Shown: one piece after another, positions 1 to 6,717 of the stretch
How the letters are laid out: every line of letters begins with the position of its first letter
How positions within the stretch are numbered: the stretch's first letter is position 1
Assembly: GCA_026394935.1 (NCBI GenBank)
Contig: JAPLZR010000081.1
Span: 4,178 to 39,606, forward strand
Direction: 5' to 3'
DNA length: 35,429 nt
Source: Candidatus Woesearchaeota archaeon
GTDB lineage: Archaea > Nanobdellota > Nanobdellia > Woesearchaeales > ARS49
Program-made: the position numbers and the translations under genes
The notes under the pieces: model-generated
The model's input: the letters and a program-made list of their open reading frames with translations, nothing else
Databases searched by the model: none
Told to the model about the DNA's origin: nothing

Positions 1-1
1 T

Positions 2-694
2 TTGGTTGTTGCAGTTGCTGGCGAAGAGGAATTAAGGCATTACTACGAGGCTATTGCAGGGGACCTTGGCATTTCGTGCAGGGCGTTTCCTCATGCTGAG
101 GAAGTTCCTGCTGATTTAAGGGATGCGAGGATGCTGATTTCTAACTGGCGTTCTATTCCTTATGTTGGGGGTTTTTCCGGCAGCAAAATACTGATTACAG
201 GAGGAGACGTTATTGGTGGCTATGAGAATTATTGTGTTAACGAGGTTTGGCAGAATCCTGTATCTGTTGGTGTTCTTCAGGGTTTGATGCGCAAGTGCAC
301 TTCTGATAAGCCAAGATTGTTGTGCATTGAAGACGATACTAATCTTGCTTTCTTGGTTGAGTCTCTTGTTGGAGATATGGGCGTCGAGCCTGTGATGGCT
401 AAGCACGTTGATGCTGGTCTTCCTTTATTGCCTTCTGTTCATGCTGTTTTGTCAGACGTTTATCAGGAAAAGTTTACTAATAAGGATGGTTATTGGATGC
501 TGGCTGAGGCGCGTAAAATCTATGACGGGCGTCAGCTTCCTTTTGCTTTGATGAGCGGTAAAATTTTTGATGAGGAAAAAAAAGGCGATGCTTTGCTTTT
601 ACCTAAGATATTTAGTGAGAAACAGCTGGTAGCAACTGTGCGTTCTTTGATTTCCAAATCTTTATATGCTTCTGTATTTCCAAAGTTCTTGTGA
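2..694 (+). CDS. 5'-truncated protein with degenerate CheY-like receiver-type domain(s)
   Basis: ORF is open to the window edge. The C-terminal half has a receiver-like layout (KPRLLCIEDD ... AVLSDV ... LMSGK). Its TGA stop overlaps the GTG start of polB (GTGA at 691-694). Confidence 0.4.
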   Translation: MVVAVAGEEELRHYYEAIAGDLGISCRAFPHAEEVPADLRDARMLISNWRSIPYVGGFSGSKILITGGDVIGGYENYCVNEVWQNPVSVGVLQGLMRKCTSDKPRLLCIEDDTNLAFLVESLVGDMGVEPVMAKHVDAGLPLLPSVHAVLSDVYQEKFTNKDGYWMLAEARKIYDGRQLPFALMSGKIFDEEKKGDALLLPKIFSEKQLVATVRSLISKSLYASVFPKFL

Positions 695-3084
695 AAACAT
701 CTTTTTACCCGACGGACATCAGCTATGTTGTTAAGGACGGCAAGCCGGTTATCCAGTTGTTCGGCCGTACGGTAGACGGGAAGCAAATCTGCGTTCTTGA
801 TGCTTTTGAGCCTTATTTTTATGTTGTTGGAAAGATTGATGTCAAGGATATTGAAGCTTTGCAGCAGGATGACTTAATGGTTGTTCGTGTTGAGAAGGTG
901 AAGAAAAACCTGAACGAGCATGAAACCAGTGCTTTGAAGGTTTTTGTTAACATTCCGAAAGCTGTTCCAGTCATTAAGGACTTAGTGAAACAGCTTGGCG
1001 TTGATGTTTACGAGTATGATATCTTGTTCACTCGCCGTTATTTGATTGACAAGGGCATTGTTCCGCTCACTTTAACAGAAGTGGATGGCGAGGAAGTTCC
1101 TGCCCAGTTAAAGGTGCCTTGCATTAAGGCTAAAAAAATCGTTCCAAAAGAAGACAAAGTTCTTCAGCCTAAAATGCTGGCTGTTGACATTGAAACCTAT
1201 AATCCTGTGCGTGAAGTTAATCCTAGTAAGCATCCTATTTTGATGATTGGCTTGTACGGCAAAGACTTCTCAAGAGTTATTACCTGGAAGAAGTTTCCGA
1301 CAAAGGAAAAGTACGTCGAGTTTGTTCAGTCAGAGGCTGACTGTTTGCAGCGTTTTGTCGAGCTTGTTGCCCAGTATGCCCCTGATTTTCTTGTTGGTTA
1401 TTTCTCTGACGGTTTTGATTTTCCGTTTATTCACGAGCGCGCAAGGATTAACAAGGTGAAACTGGACCTTGGCCTGGACTTTAGCGAGTTGGAAATTGTT
1501 GGCAGGACGCAGAAGGAAGCGAAAATAACCGGCATTTCGCATATTGATATTTTCAAGTTTATCAGGAAGGTTATTGCCCGTAGCATGAAGACTGATGTTT
1601 ACACGCTGGATGCTGTTTCTGGCGAGCTTTTGGGCGAGAAAAAGCACGTTGTTGCTAAGGAATTGTTGTTTAAGGCTTGGGATGATAATGAGGGTTTGGA
1701 GGAGTATTGCAAGTACAATTTGCAGGACTGCGTTCTGACTTACAAATTAACTGAAAAACTTCTTCCTAATCTTACAGAGTTTGTCAGGATTGTCTGTTTG
1801 CCTCCTTTTGATATTGTTCGTATGACTTTTTCGACTTTTGTTGAGTGGTATTTGATGAATCAGGCTGTGAAGAGGAATGAGATTGTGCCTAACCGTCCTG
1901 GCAGGATGGAAGAGATGAACAGGATGTCTGATAGAATAAAAGGCGCATTCGTGTTCGAGCCAAAGCCTGGTTTTTATGAAAACCTTGTTGTCTTCGACTA
2001 TAGAAGTTTGTATCCGAGCATTATTGCTTCTCATAATATTAGTAAGGGTACTTTGAACTGTAAGTGCTGTGGTGATCCTAAGATGGAGACTGAGCGTGGC
2101 ACTTTCTGGTTTTGCGGAAAGCAGAAGGGCTTGTTCAGCATTGTTATTTCTGATTTAATTTTGCGTCGTGCTGAGATTAAGAAGCAGTTGAAGACGAGCA
2201 AGGACCCGTTATTAGCAGCCCGTTCTGAAGCACTGAAAGTTCTCGCTAACAGTTTTTACGGTTATATGGGTTTTCCTCCAGGCAGATATTATTGTATTGA
2301 GTGTGCTGAGAGCACGACTGCTTGGGCTCGGCATTACATTCACAAAGCGATTGATGCTGCAAAGCAGTCTGGCTTTACTGTACTTTACTCAGATACTGAT
2401 AGCCTCTTCGTCCTGCTTGAAAACAAGTCTAAGGATGACGCTCTTGCTTTGATGGAGAAGATTAACAAGGACCTGCCTGGGATGATGGAGTTGGACTATG
2501 AGGGCTTTTATCCTGCTGGTATTTTTGTGAGCTTGCGCGCTGGCGATTCTGGTGCTAAGAAGAAGTATGCTTTGCTTGATGAACAGGGTAATTTCAAGAT
2601 TCGCGGTTTTGAGACTGTGAGGAGAAATTGGAGTTTTATTGCTAAGGATGTTCAGAAGAAGGTTTTGGAGATTATTTTGAAGGAGCATGATGCTCCGAAG
2701 GCAAAATCTTTTGTGCGTCAGGTCGTTGAGGATTTGAGGAAGAACAAGATTCCTTTGGACAAGGTCGTTATTCATACTGCTTTGTCTAAAGCCATTGCTG
2801 GTTATGCTAATGTTGGTCCTCATGTTGCTGCTGCTCAGAAGATGGAGGCTAAGGGTTTGGAGGTTGGCGCTGGAACTATCATTAAGTATGTCGTCATCAG
2901 GGGCAAGGGTTTGATTCGTGATAAGGTCAAATTGGCTGATGAAGCAAGTCAGGACGAGTACGATGGCGAATATTATGTCCAGAACCAGATTATTCCTGGT
3001 GTTGAGCGCATCTTTGCTGTTCTCGGTATTGGTGTTGATGATTTGACCAAGAATACAAGGCAGAGCTCTTTGGGCAATTTTTGA
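691..3084 (+). CDS. polB: Family B DNA polymerase (archaeal PolB, no intein)
   Basis: 797 aa, GTG start. Exo I DIETYN, Exo II FDFPF, Exo III YNLQDCVLTY. Pol motif A DYRSLYPSII, motif B KVLANSFYGY, motif C YSDTDSLF, plus KKKYALL. The N-terminus is Pfu-like (KPVIQLFGR...FEPYFYVV). The extreme C-terminus QSSLGNF resembles a PIP box. Confidence 0.97.
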   Translation: MKTSFYPTDISYVVKDGKPVIQLFGRTVDGKQICVLDAFEPYFYVVGKIDVKDIEALQQDDLMVVRVEKVKKNLNEHETSALKVFVNIPKAVPVIKDLVKQLGVDVYEYDILFTRRYLIDKGIVPLTLTEVDGEEVPAQLKVPCIKAKKIVPKEDKVLQPKMLAVDIETYNPVREVNPSKHPILMIGLYGKDFSRVITWKKFPTKEKYVEFVQSEADCLQRFVELVAQYAPDFLVGYFSDGFDFPFIHERARINKVKLDLGLDFSELEIVGRTQKEAKITGISHIDIFKFIRKVIARSMKTDVYTLDAVSGELLGEKKHVVAKELLFKAWDDNEGLEEYCKYNLQDCVLTYKLTEKLLPNLTEFVRIVCLPPFDIVRMTFSTFVEWYLMNQAVKRNEIVPNRPGRMEEMNRMSDRIKGAFVFEPKPGFYENLVVFDYRSLYPSIIASHNISKGTLNCKCCGDPKMETERGTFWFCGKQKGLFSIVISDLILRRAEIKKQLKTSKDPLLAARSEALKVLANSFYGYMGFPPGRYYCIECAESTTAWARHYIHKAIDAAKQSGFTVLYSDTDSLFVLLENKSKDDALALMEKINKDLPGMMELDYEGFYPAGIFVSLRAGDSGAKKKYALLDEQGNFKIRGFETVRRNWSFIAKDVQKKVLEIILKEHDAPKAKSFVRQVVEDLRKNKIPLDKVVIHTALSKAIAGYANVGPHVAAAQKMEAKGLEVGAGTIIKYVVIRGKGLIRDKVKLADEASQDEYDGEYYVQNQIIPGVERIFAVLGIGVDDLTKNTRQSSLGNF
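3016..3067 (+). repeat. Direct repeat copy 1 (inside the polB 3' end); partner at 4081-4132
   Basis: gctgttctcggtattggtgttgatgatttgaccaagaatacaaggcagagct matches 4081-4132 at 50 of 52 positions with no indels. Confidence 0.95.
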
Positions 3085-3432
3085 TTATTTCTTTTTGTAC
3101 CCGAATAATTGGTCGTATTCTTTGTGGTCCATGATGCTTAGGACAAAACAAAAAATTTCTATTTGGGTTCCTTCAAGTGTGTATAGCATTCTCCAGTAGT
3201 TTGATAGTTCTGCACGGTATAAGTTTTGTATTTCCATTTCAAGAAATTTTTGTGGAATGAGCTGTTTTTTTATTGGGTCTCCGAACTGGGGATGCTCTTT
3301 GAGAACGTCAATAATGCGGTGTATTGAGCGAAGCATAGTCTCCGCTTCCTTGTCTCCCCGTTTCTTGAGCTCCAGGTACGCTTCTCTGGCTTGGCCTTTT
3401 AGTTTCACTCTGACTTCTTTTCCAAAAAACAT
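3085..3432 (-). CDS. RelE/ParE-superfamily toxin-like protein
   Basis: 115 aa. The C-terminal pattern NLYRAELSNYWRMLYTLEG..IFCFVLSIMDHKEYDQLFG matches the RelE/ParE layout (LYRxxLxxYRxxY ... H..Y). It lies 1 nt downstream of a small DNA-binding-type gene, the canonical antitoxin-then-toxin order. Its stop codon directly abuts the polB stop. Confidence 0.6.
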   Translation of the reverse strand: MFFGKEVRVKLKGQAREAYLELKKRGDKEAETMLRSIHRIIDVLKEHPQFGDPIKKQLIPQKFLEMEIQNLYRAELSNYWRMLYTLEGTQIEIFCFVLSIMDHKEYDQLFGYKKK

Positions 3433-3433
3433 T

Positions 3434-3745
3434 TCACACTTCCAGTGTGTTTTCCAGCATTTTACGGAGGTGTTCTGGTTCAGAATAAATCCATTGGATG
3501 CCTTTTGGTCCGTAAATTATTTTGCCGCTCTTCCAAAGATACTCAAGAATGACTTTTAGTGTTTCGTGCATTATTTGCTTTGGAAGCTGTTTCTTGATGT
3601 CTGAAACTTTCATTGGCACATCCCTGTGCGCCTTCAGAAAATCTTCCACCATTAAAACAGTGTTAAGATTAGGATACCTCTTAACCTTGTGGTCTTCTTT
3701 CTGCACTAGTTCTGTTTCGCTAAATTCTAACGCTTGAATGCTCAT
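3434..3745 (-). CDS. Small winged-helix protein, candidate antitoxin/autoregulator
   Basis: 103 aa. Paralogous to the 82-aa product of 3779-4027 (LNTVLMVEDFL...IKKQLPKQIMHETLKVILEYLWKSGKI versus LDTVLMVEETI...LKRRLPRQVNHNTLKIILAYLQKNGKI). It sits immediately upstream of the RelE-like gene. Confidence 0.6.
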   Translation of the reverse strand: MSIQALEFSETELVQKEDHKVKRYPNLNTVLMVEDFLKAHRDVPMKVSDIKKQLPKQIMHETLKVILEYLWKSGKIIYGPKGIQWIYSEPEHLRKMLENTLEV

Positions 3746-3748
3746 TTT

Positions 3749-3762
3749 GTATCAATTGATGC
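3749..3762 (-). promoter_or_regulatory. Operator-like palindrome upstream of the 103-aa wHTH gene
   Basis: GTATCAATTGATGC contains the perfect 10-bp palindrome ATCAATTGAT (3751-3760), 6 nt upstream of the ATG at 3745. A related site lies at 4040-4054. Confidence 0.45.
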
Positions 3763-3778
3763 TAAAAAGGTATAGTAT

Positions 3779-4027
3779 TTAAACCTTTCGGTAAAATTCT
3801 TTTGGCATTGAAATCCAGACAACGCCGTCAGGAGTGAACTCTATTTTGCCGTTTTTCTGCAAATAAGCAAGAATTATTTTGAGCGTGTTGTGGTTTACTT
3901 GGCGCGGTAGTCTTCTTTTTAGTTCTGCAATTTTTATGACTTCTTTTGCGTTTCGTATTGTTTCTTCAACCATTAGCACTGTGTCTAGTGTTGGGCTGTG
4001 TGCTGGCTTTTCTAAAATCTGTTCCAT
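3779..4027 (-). CDS. Small winged-helix protein, paralogue of 3434-3745
   Basis: 82 aa, ATG start. A TATA-like box lies about 30 nt upstream. Clear protein-level similarity to the neighbouring wHTH ORF. Confidence 0.65.
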   Translation of the reverse strand: MEQILEKPAHSPTLDTVLMVEETIRNAKEVIKIAELKRRLPRQVNHNTLKIILAYLQKNGKIEFTPDGVVWISMPKEFYRKV

Positions 4028-4039
4028 AGTTATCAGTTA

Positions 4040-4070
4040 GTATCTAATTGATACTTATTTATAAACCTTT
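4040..4070 (-). promoter_or_regulatory. TATA box plus operator-like inverted repeat for the 82-aa wHTH gene
   Basis: On the minus strand, AAAGGTTTATAAATAAG (4054-4070) is followed by GTATC-AATTA-GATAC (4040-4054), ending 13 nt before the ATG at 4027. Confidence 0.5.
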
Positions 4071-4080
4071 CTATTGTTTC

Positions 4081-4149
4081 GCAGTTCTCGGCATTGGTGT
4101 TGATGATTTGACCAAGAATACAAGGCAGAGCTTGCCGGCTGGTTTTTAG
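4081..4149 (+). pseudogene. Displaced polB 3'-end fragment (contains direct repeat copy 2, 4081-4132)
   Basis: Translates in frame as AVLGIGVDDLTKNTRQSLPAGF*. The live polB end is AVLGIGVDDLTKNTRQSSLGNF*. There is no start codon or upstream polB sequence. Confidence 0.85.
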
Positions 4150-4625
4150 TGATGCCTGCTGCCTCCCCAATTTTTCTCGAAAGGAAAAGTGAAACGTGGT
4201 GCGCCATTCGGAGATGCGTGCTTTTTTGCGACTTTCCTGAATTCTGCGTAAAGCTTATAGCGCGATCTGGAAAAAGCGTTTGCCAAAGCGCCAACATCGG
4301 GAAGGGGCAGGCCTGGATTTTCAGCTCTTGCCACTCCCAGTTGTAGAATTATTTGATATACTGTGTTGTTCTTGTATTCTCCCGAAGGTGGTCTATAGGT
4401 GCGCGTATACACTTTCACGCGTTTATGAATGTCGTAATAATACGTTTTTCCCCTCGAATCAATCGCAGTTACGCGCGAGTAAGGTTCGTGGTGAGTCTCA
4501 TACAATTTTCTACTCCATCTTGTAAAAGTTGTTGAAGAAATGCCCAGCTTGCTGACGGCCTCTTTTGTGGTGTCAAAATAGCCTCCTGAATCAAGATAGT
4601 CGACCAAATTTTCAAATGTTGTCAT
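4146..4625 (-). CDS. Hypothetical protein with N-terminal helix-turn-helix
   Basis: I trimmed the ORF to the ATG at 4625 (MTTFENLVDY...) because the longer 4727 start would overlap the neighbouring gene by 67 nt. HTH-like segment TKEAVSKLGISSTTFTRWSRKL. By eye it is richer in GC-rich words than its neighbours. Its stop overlaps the polB remnant by 4 nt. Confidence 0.5.
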   Translation of the reverse strand: MTTFENLVDYLDSGGYFDTTKEAVSKLGISSTTFTRWSRKLYETHHEPYSRVTAIDSRGKTYYYDIHKRVKVYTRTYRPPSGEYKNNTVYQIILQLGVARAENPGLPLPDVGALANAFSRSRYKLYAEFRKVAKKHASPNGAPRFTFPFEKNWGGSRHH

Positions 4626-4660
4626 ATTGTCAAATGCGGGTAGCAATAAAACATTTTTAT

Positions 4661-5083
4661 TTAAGATACTTTGGCAAAGTCGCCGTTTATTATTGTTGGT
4701 CCTATTATTCTTATTTCGTGAGCCCATCTTGCTTCAGAGGGTTTTGGTGTGGGATTTAAGAGGAATATTTTTTTGCCGAGATAATATGCCAGTCCTATTT
4801 CCATCAGGCAGGCTGTTCCGATGTAGCCGTTAATGCTGTTTTTGCGATGGTTCATTACCAATATTGCGTCGCTTTTTGTCAGAGTGTCCATGCAGGTTTT
4901 CATTATGTTGTGCTTTGTGCAGTATTCAAAATCTGTTTCTAGATCGTCTATTAACTTGCTGTTTTCTAGGTGAGTATCAATATCACAGGGCAGTTTTACT
5001 ATGTGCCCCTGTTTTTCAAGTTTCTCTTTTGCAGCGAGCATTTCCTTTGAAAAAGTCATGCTTCCGCATATCATTATTTTCAT
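4661..5083 (-). CDS. Nucleoside 2-deoxyribosyltransferase-like (Rossmann-like) protein
   Basis: 140 aa. N-terminal MKIMICGSM..., a mid-protein DAILVMN and a GYIGTACLMEIGLAYYLGKKIF segment recall the PF05014/PF15891-type fold. The assignment is by eye only. A TATA-like AAACAAATATAAACATC lies about 30 nt upstream. Confidence 0.45.
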   Translation of the reverse strand: MKIMICGSMTFSKEMLAAKEKLEKQGHIVKLPCDIDTHLENSKLIDDLETDFEYCTKHNIMKTCMDTLTKSDAILVMNHRKNSINGYIGTACLMEIGLAYYLGKKIFLLNPTPKPSEARWAHEIRIIGPTIINGDFAKVS

Positions 5084-5147
5084 AGGAAGGGCAAAATGGC
5101 AGATGTTTATATTTGTTTAGAAATTGCTTTGTTTTCTGCGCATTTTA

Positions 5148-5164
5148 GAAAAAGTTATAAATAG
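5148..5164 (+). promoter_or_regulatory. BRE/TATA-type promoter
   Basis: GAAAAAGTTATAAATAG matches the recurring RRNNTTTATAWAG pattern and ends 31 nt upstream of the ATG at 5195. Confidence 0.5.
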
Positions 5165-5194
5165 TTCCTTTTTCCCTCGAGCTGGGTGGTAGTG

Positions 5195-5428
5195 ATGACA
5201 GACCTTTTTAAGACCAGAATGCAGGTAACTCAATTGGTATATCGCTTTCCTGGCATTGAATCTGCAGAGGTTGGAGAGCGTTTTTCGCTTAATGAGCGTG
5301 AGCTGGAAATTATTCTTCGTCGTGCTGAAACAGCGGGTGAGATCAGAAGATACGATATCAACGGTCATGAAAAACTTCAAGGCAAGTCTTTTCTTAAACA
5401 ATTGTTGTATTATTGGATAACTTCTTAA
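5195..5428 (+). CDS. Small winged-helix-like protein
   Basis: 77 aa from the ATG at 5195 (the ORF track starts at GTG 5186). Codon style matches plus-strand genes. wHTH-like segment FPGIESAEVGERFSLNERELEIILRRAETAGEIRR. The competing antisense ORF 5117-5560 is low-complexity. Confidence 0.5.
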   Translation: MTDLFKTRMQVTQLVYRFPGIESAEVGERFSLNERELEIILRRAETAGEIRRYDINGHEKLQGKSFLKQLLYYWITS

Positions 5429-5531
5429 TATTTTATATAATTTCTTAGCACTAAATATAAATCCTTTAAGTTCTATAATGGCTTTACTGTATCTAAGAGA
5501 GGCGTAGTTAGGAATCTGGAGGGAGCTTAAT

Positions 5532-5678
5532 ATGGAACCTATTAGGTATTTTGACAGCATTGATTTTATAGAGCCTAAATGTACTGGTTGCAGTCACATC
5601 ATTCATTACGAAAGGGATACTGTGTTTGATAATAAAAGGAATTCTCTTGCGTGTGTATTCTGTGGTCACTCGGTATAG
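5532..5678 (+). CDS. 48-aa zinc-ribbon protein (below the ORF-track size cutoff)
   Basis: MEPIRYFDSIDFIEPKCTGCSHIIHYERDTVFDNKRNSLACVFCGHSV has CxxC...CxxC. GGAGGG lies 8 nt upstream of the ATG. A TATA-like TTTTATATAA lies further upstream, and the ORF sits directly upstream of rpl15e. Confidence 0.45.
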   Translation: MEPIRYFDSIDFIEPKCTGCSHIIHYERDTVFDNKRNSLACVFCGHSV

Positions 5679-5713
5679 AAACCTTTTTAAATCAGTCATA
5701 TAAACCCAAAACC

Positions 5714-6238
5714 ATGGCCCTTTTCAAACAATTATCAAACAGCTGGCGTGAAAATGGTATGCCTGCAGAGCTTAAAAGAGAGCGCTTGATTGCGTGGCGT
5801 CGTGAGCCGGTTACTTTGAGGATTGAGCATCCGACAAGGCTTGACCGTGCCAAGGCTATTGGCTTCAAGCACGTGCAGGGCATCTTTATGGTTCGCCAGC
5901 GTGTCACAAGGGGCACTCACAAGCGTCCTGACTGGAGTGGTGGTCGTCATTCTCACAATATGAGTTCTCGTCTTAATATGCGCAAGAATTATCAGAATAT
6001 TGCAGAGGAGCGCGCTGGCAGGGCGTACACTAACTGTGAAGTTTTGAACTCTTATTATGTTCTTCAGGACGGTAAAAATTACTGGTATGAGATCGTTATG
6101 GCCGACCGTGCTCTTGTTCAAGTGCAGGGCAGGGTGTTCAGAGGTTTGACCAGCGCTGGCAAGCGTACCCGTGGCCTTCACAAGAAGGGCGTGGGTTCTG
6201 AGAAATCAAGGCCGAGCAGGCGCGCGCATTCGCAATAA
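5714..6238 (+). CDS. rpl15e: 50S ribosomal protein L15e
   Basis: 174 aa from the ATG at 5714. Matches L15e along its length (WR...R.ERPTRLD.A...G.K..QG..V.R..V..G....P..GRR...... RVLNSY.V..DG...W.E.....FRGLT.AG...RGL..KG.G.EK.RPS). Confidence 0.93.
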   Translation: MALFKQLSNSWRENGMPAELKRERLIAWRREPVTLRIEHPTRLDRAKAIGFKHVQGIFMVRQRVTRGTHKRPDWSGGRHSHNMSSRLNMRKNYQNIAEERAGRAYTNCEVLNSYYVLQDGKNYWYEIVMADRALVQVQGRVFRGLTSAGKRTRGLHKKGVGSEKSRPSRRAHSQ

Positions 6239-6252
6239 AAAAGCTCTAAGAG

Positions 6253-6441
6253 GTGGTTGGATTGCCTAAGAACGACAAGCAACACGAAGACTTCGAAAAA
6301 GAGGAAGAACCTAAAGAAATCAAAGAGGAAATCGAGCCTGAAGTGCTTTCCGACGAGGAAGCTGAGTACGAGGAGGATGTGGAGACTTCTGGTGAAAAGG
6401 TAGAGGAAGAGGAATCTGCTGAGGCCTGGGCTGACGAGTAG
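6253..6441 (+). CDS. Small extremely acidic (Glu-rich) protein
   Basis: 59-62 aa (GTG 6253, or TTG 6262 lying 5 nt after GAGGTGG). It follows rpl15e on the same strand. No homology recognised, and low-complexity composition lowers confidence. Confidence 0.3.
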   Translation: MVGLPKNDKQHEDFEKEEEPKEIKEEIEPEVLSDEEAEYEEDVETSGEKVEEEESAEAWADE

Positions 6442-6662
6442 TGTTGTTTTCCTTTTGTTATCCGTCCGAGTTTGCATTCTGAGGTGGATGATTGAGTGTT
6501 TTGGTTGCAGGGAACCAGACTGTCCTGCGCGTCAAGAGGCAGGTGTTCTATGACCTTCCTGAGAGTGAGTTTTTGAAGCTCAGACCTAAAAATCGTTAAT
6601 TTCGCCTTCTATATATAGTGTCTGGAATATAGGTCTGTTGTCACTCAGTAGTGCTCATAAAT

Positions 6663-6678
6663 CGAAAGCTTTATATAG
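6663..6678 (+). promoter_or_regulatory. BRE/TATA promoter, 16-nt identical to the grpE promoter
   Basis: CGAAAGCTTTATATAG is identical to 17700-17715. It ends about 40 nt upstream of the ATG at 6718. Confidence 0.65.
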
Positions 6679-6717
6679 TGGTCGGTCTTTTACTCCTCTA
6701 CAGGGGTGTCAAATAAC

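Noticed and set aside
576-583. A8/T8 homopolymers in coding regions (576-583 and 16253-16260) as phase-variation sites.
   Set aside because: A/T runs encoding Lys-Lys are expected in an AT-rich genome and occur in housekeeping-type genes. Only the G8 tract in the surface-protein gene was kept as a low-interest finding.
691-3084. Intein or mobile intron inside polB.
   Set aside because: At 797 aa, with all exonuclease and polymerase motifs contiguous at normal spacing, there is no extra insert. The only anomaly is the 3'-end duplication reported separately.
4626-4727. N-terminal extension MGSRNKNNRTNNNKRRLCQSILNKNVLLLPAFDN of the 193-aa ORF.
   Set aside because: It would overlap the neighbouring 140-aa gene by 67 nt and is low-complexity. 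The internal ATG at 4625 gives a compact gene. Similar trimming was applied to dnaK (18223 to 18271), rpl15e (5651 to 5714), the ABC ATPase (35166 to 35007) and the RelE-like fusion gene (31918 to 31855).
5117-5699. Minus-strand ORFs 5117-5560 (147 aa) and 5508-5699 (63 aa).
   Set aside because: Low-complexity products with no promoter or RBS context. The plus strand here offers a wHTH ORF with a consensus promoter and a zinc-ribbon ORF with a strong RBS.
6492-6599. 35-aa ORF (TTG start after GAGGTGG) MSVLVAGNQTVLRVKRQVFYDLPESEFLKLRPKNR in the spacer after the acidic ORF.
   Set aside because: It is very short, uses a non-ATG start, and no recognisable family or conservation can be assessed here. 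It is mentioned only in case comparative data support it.
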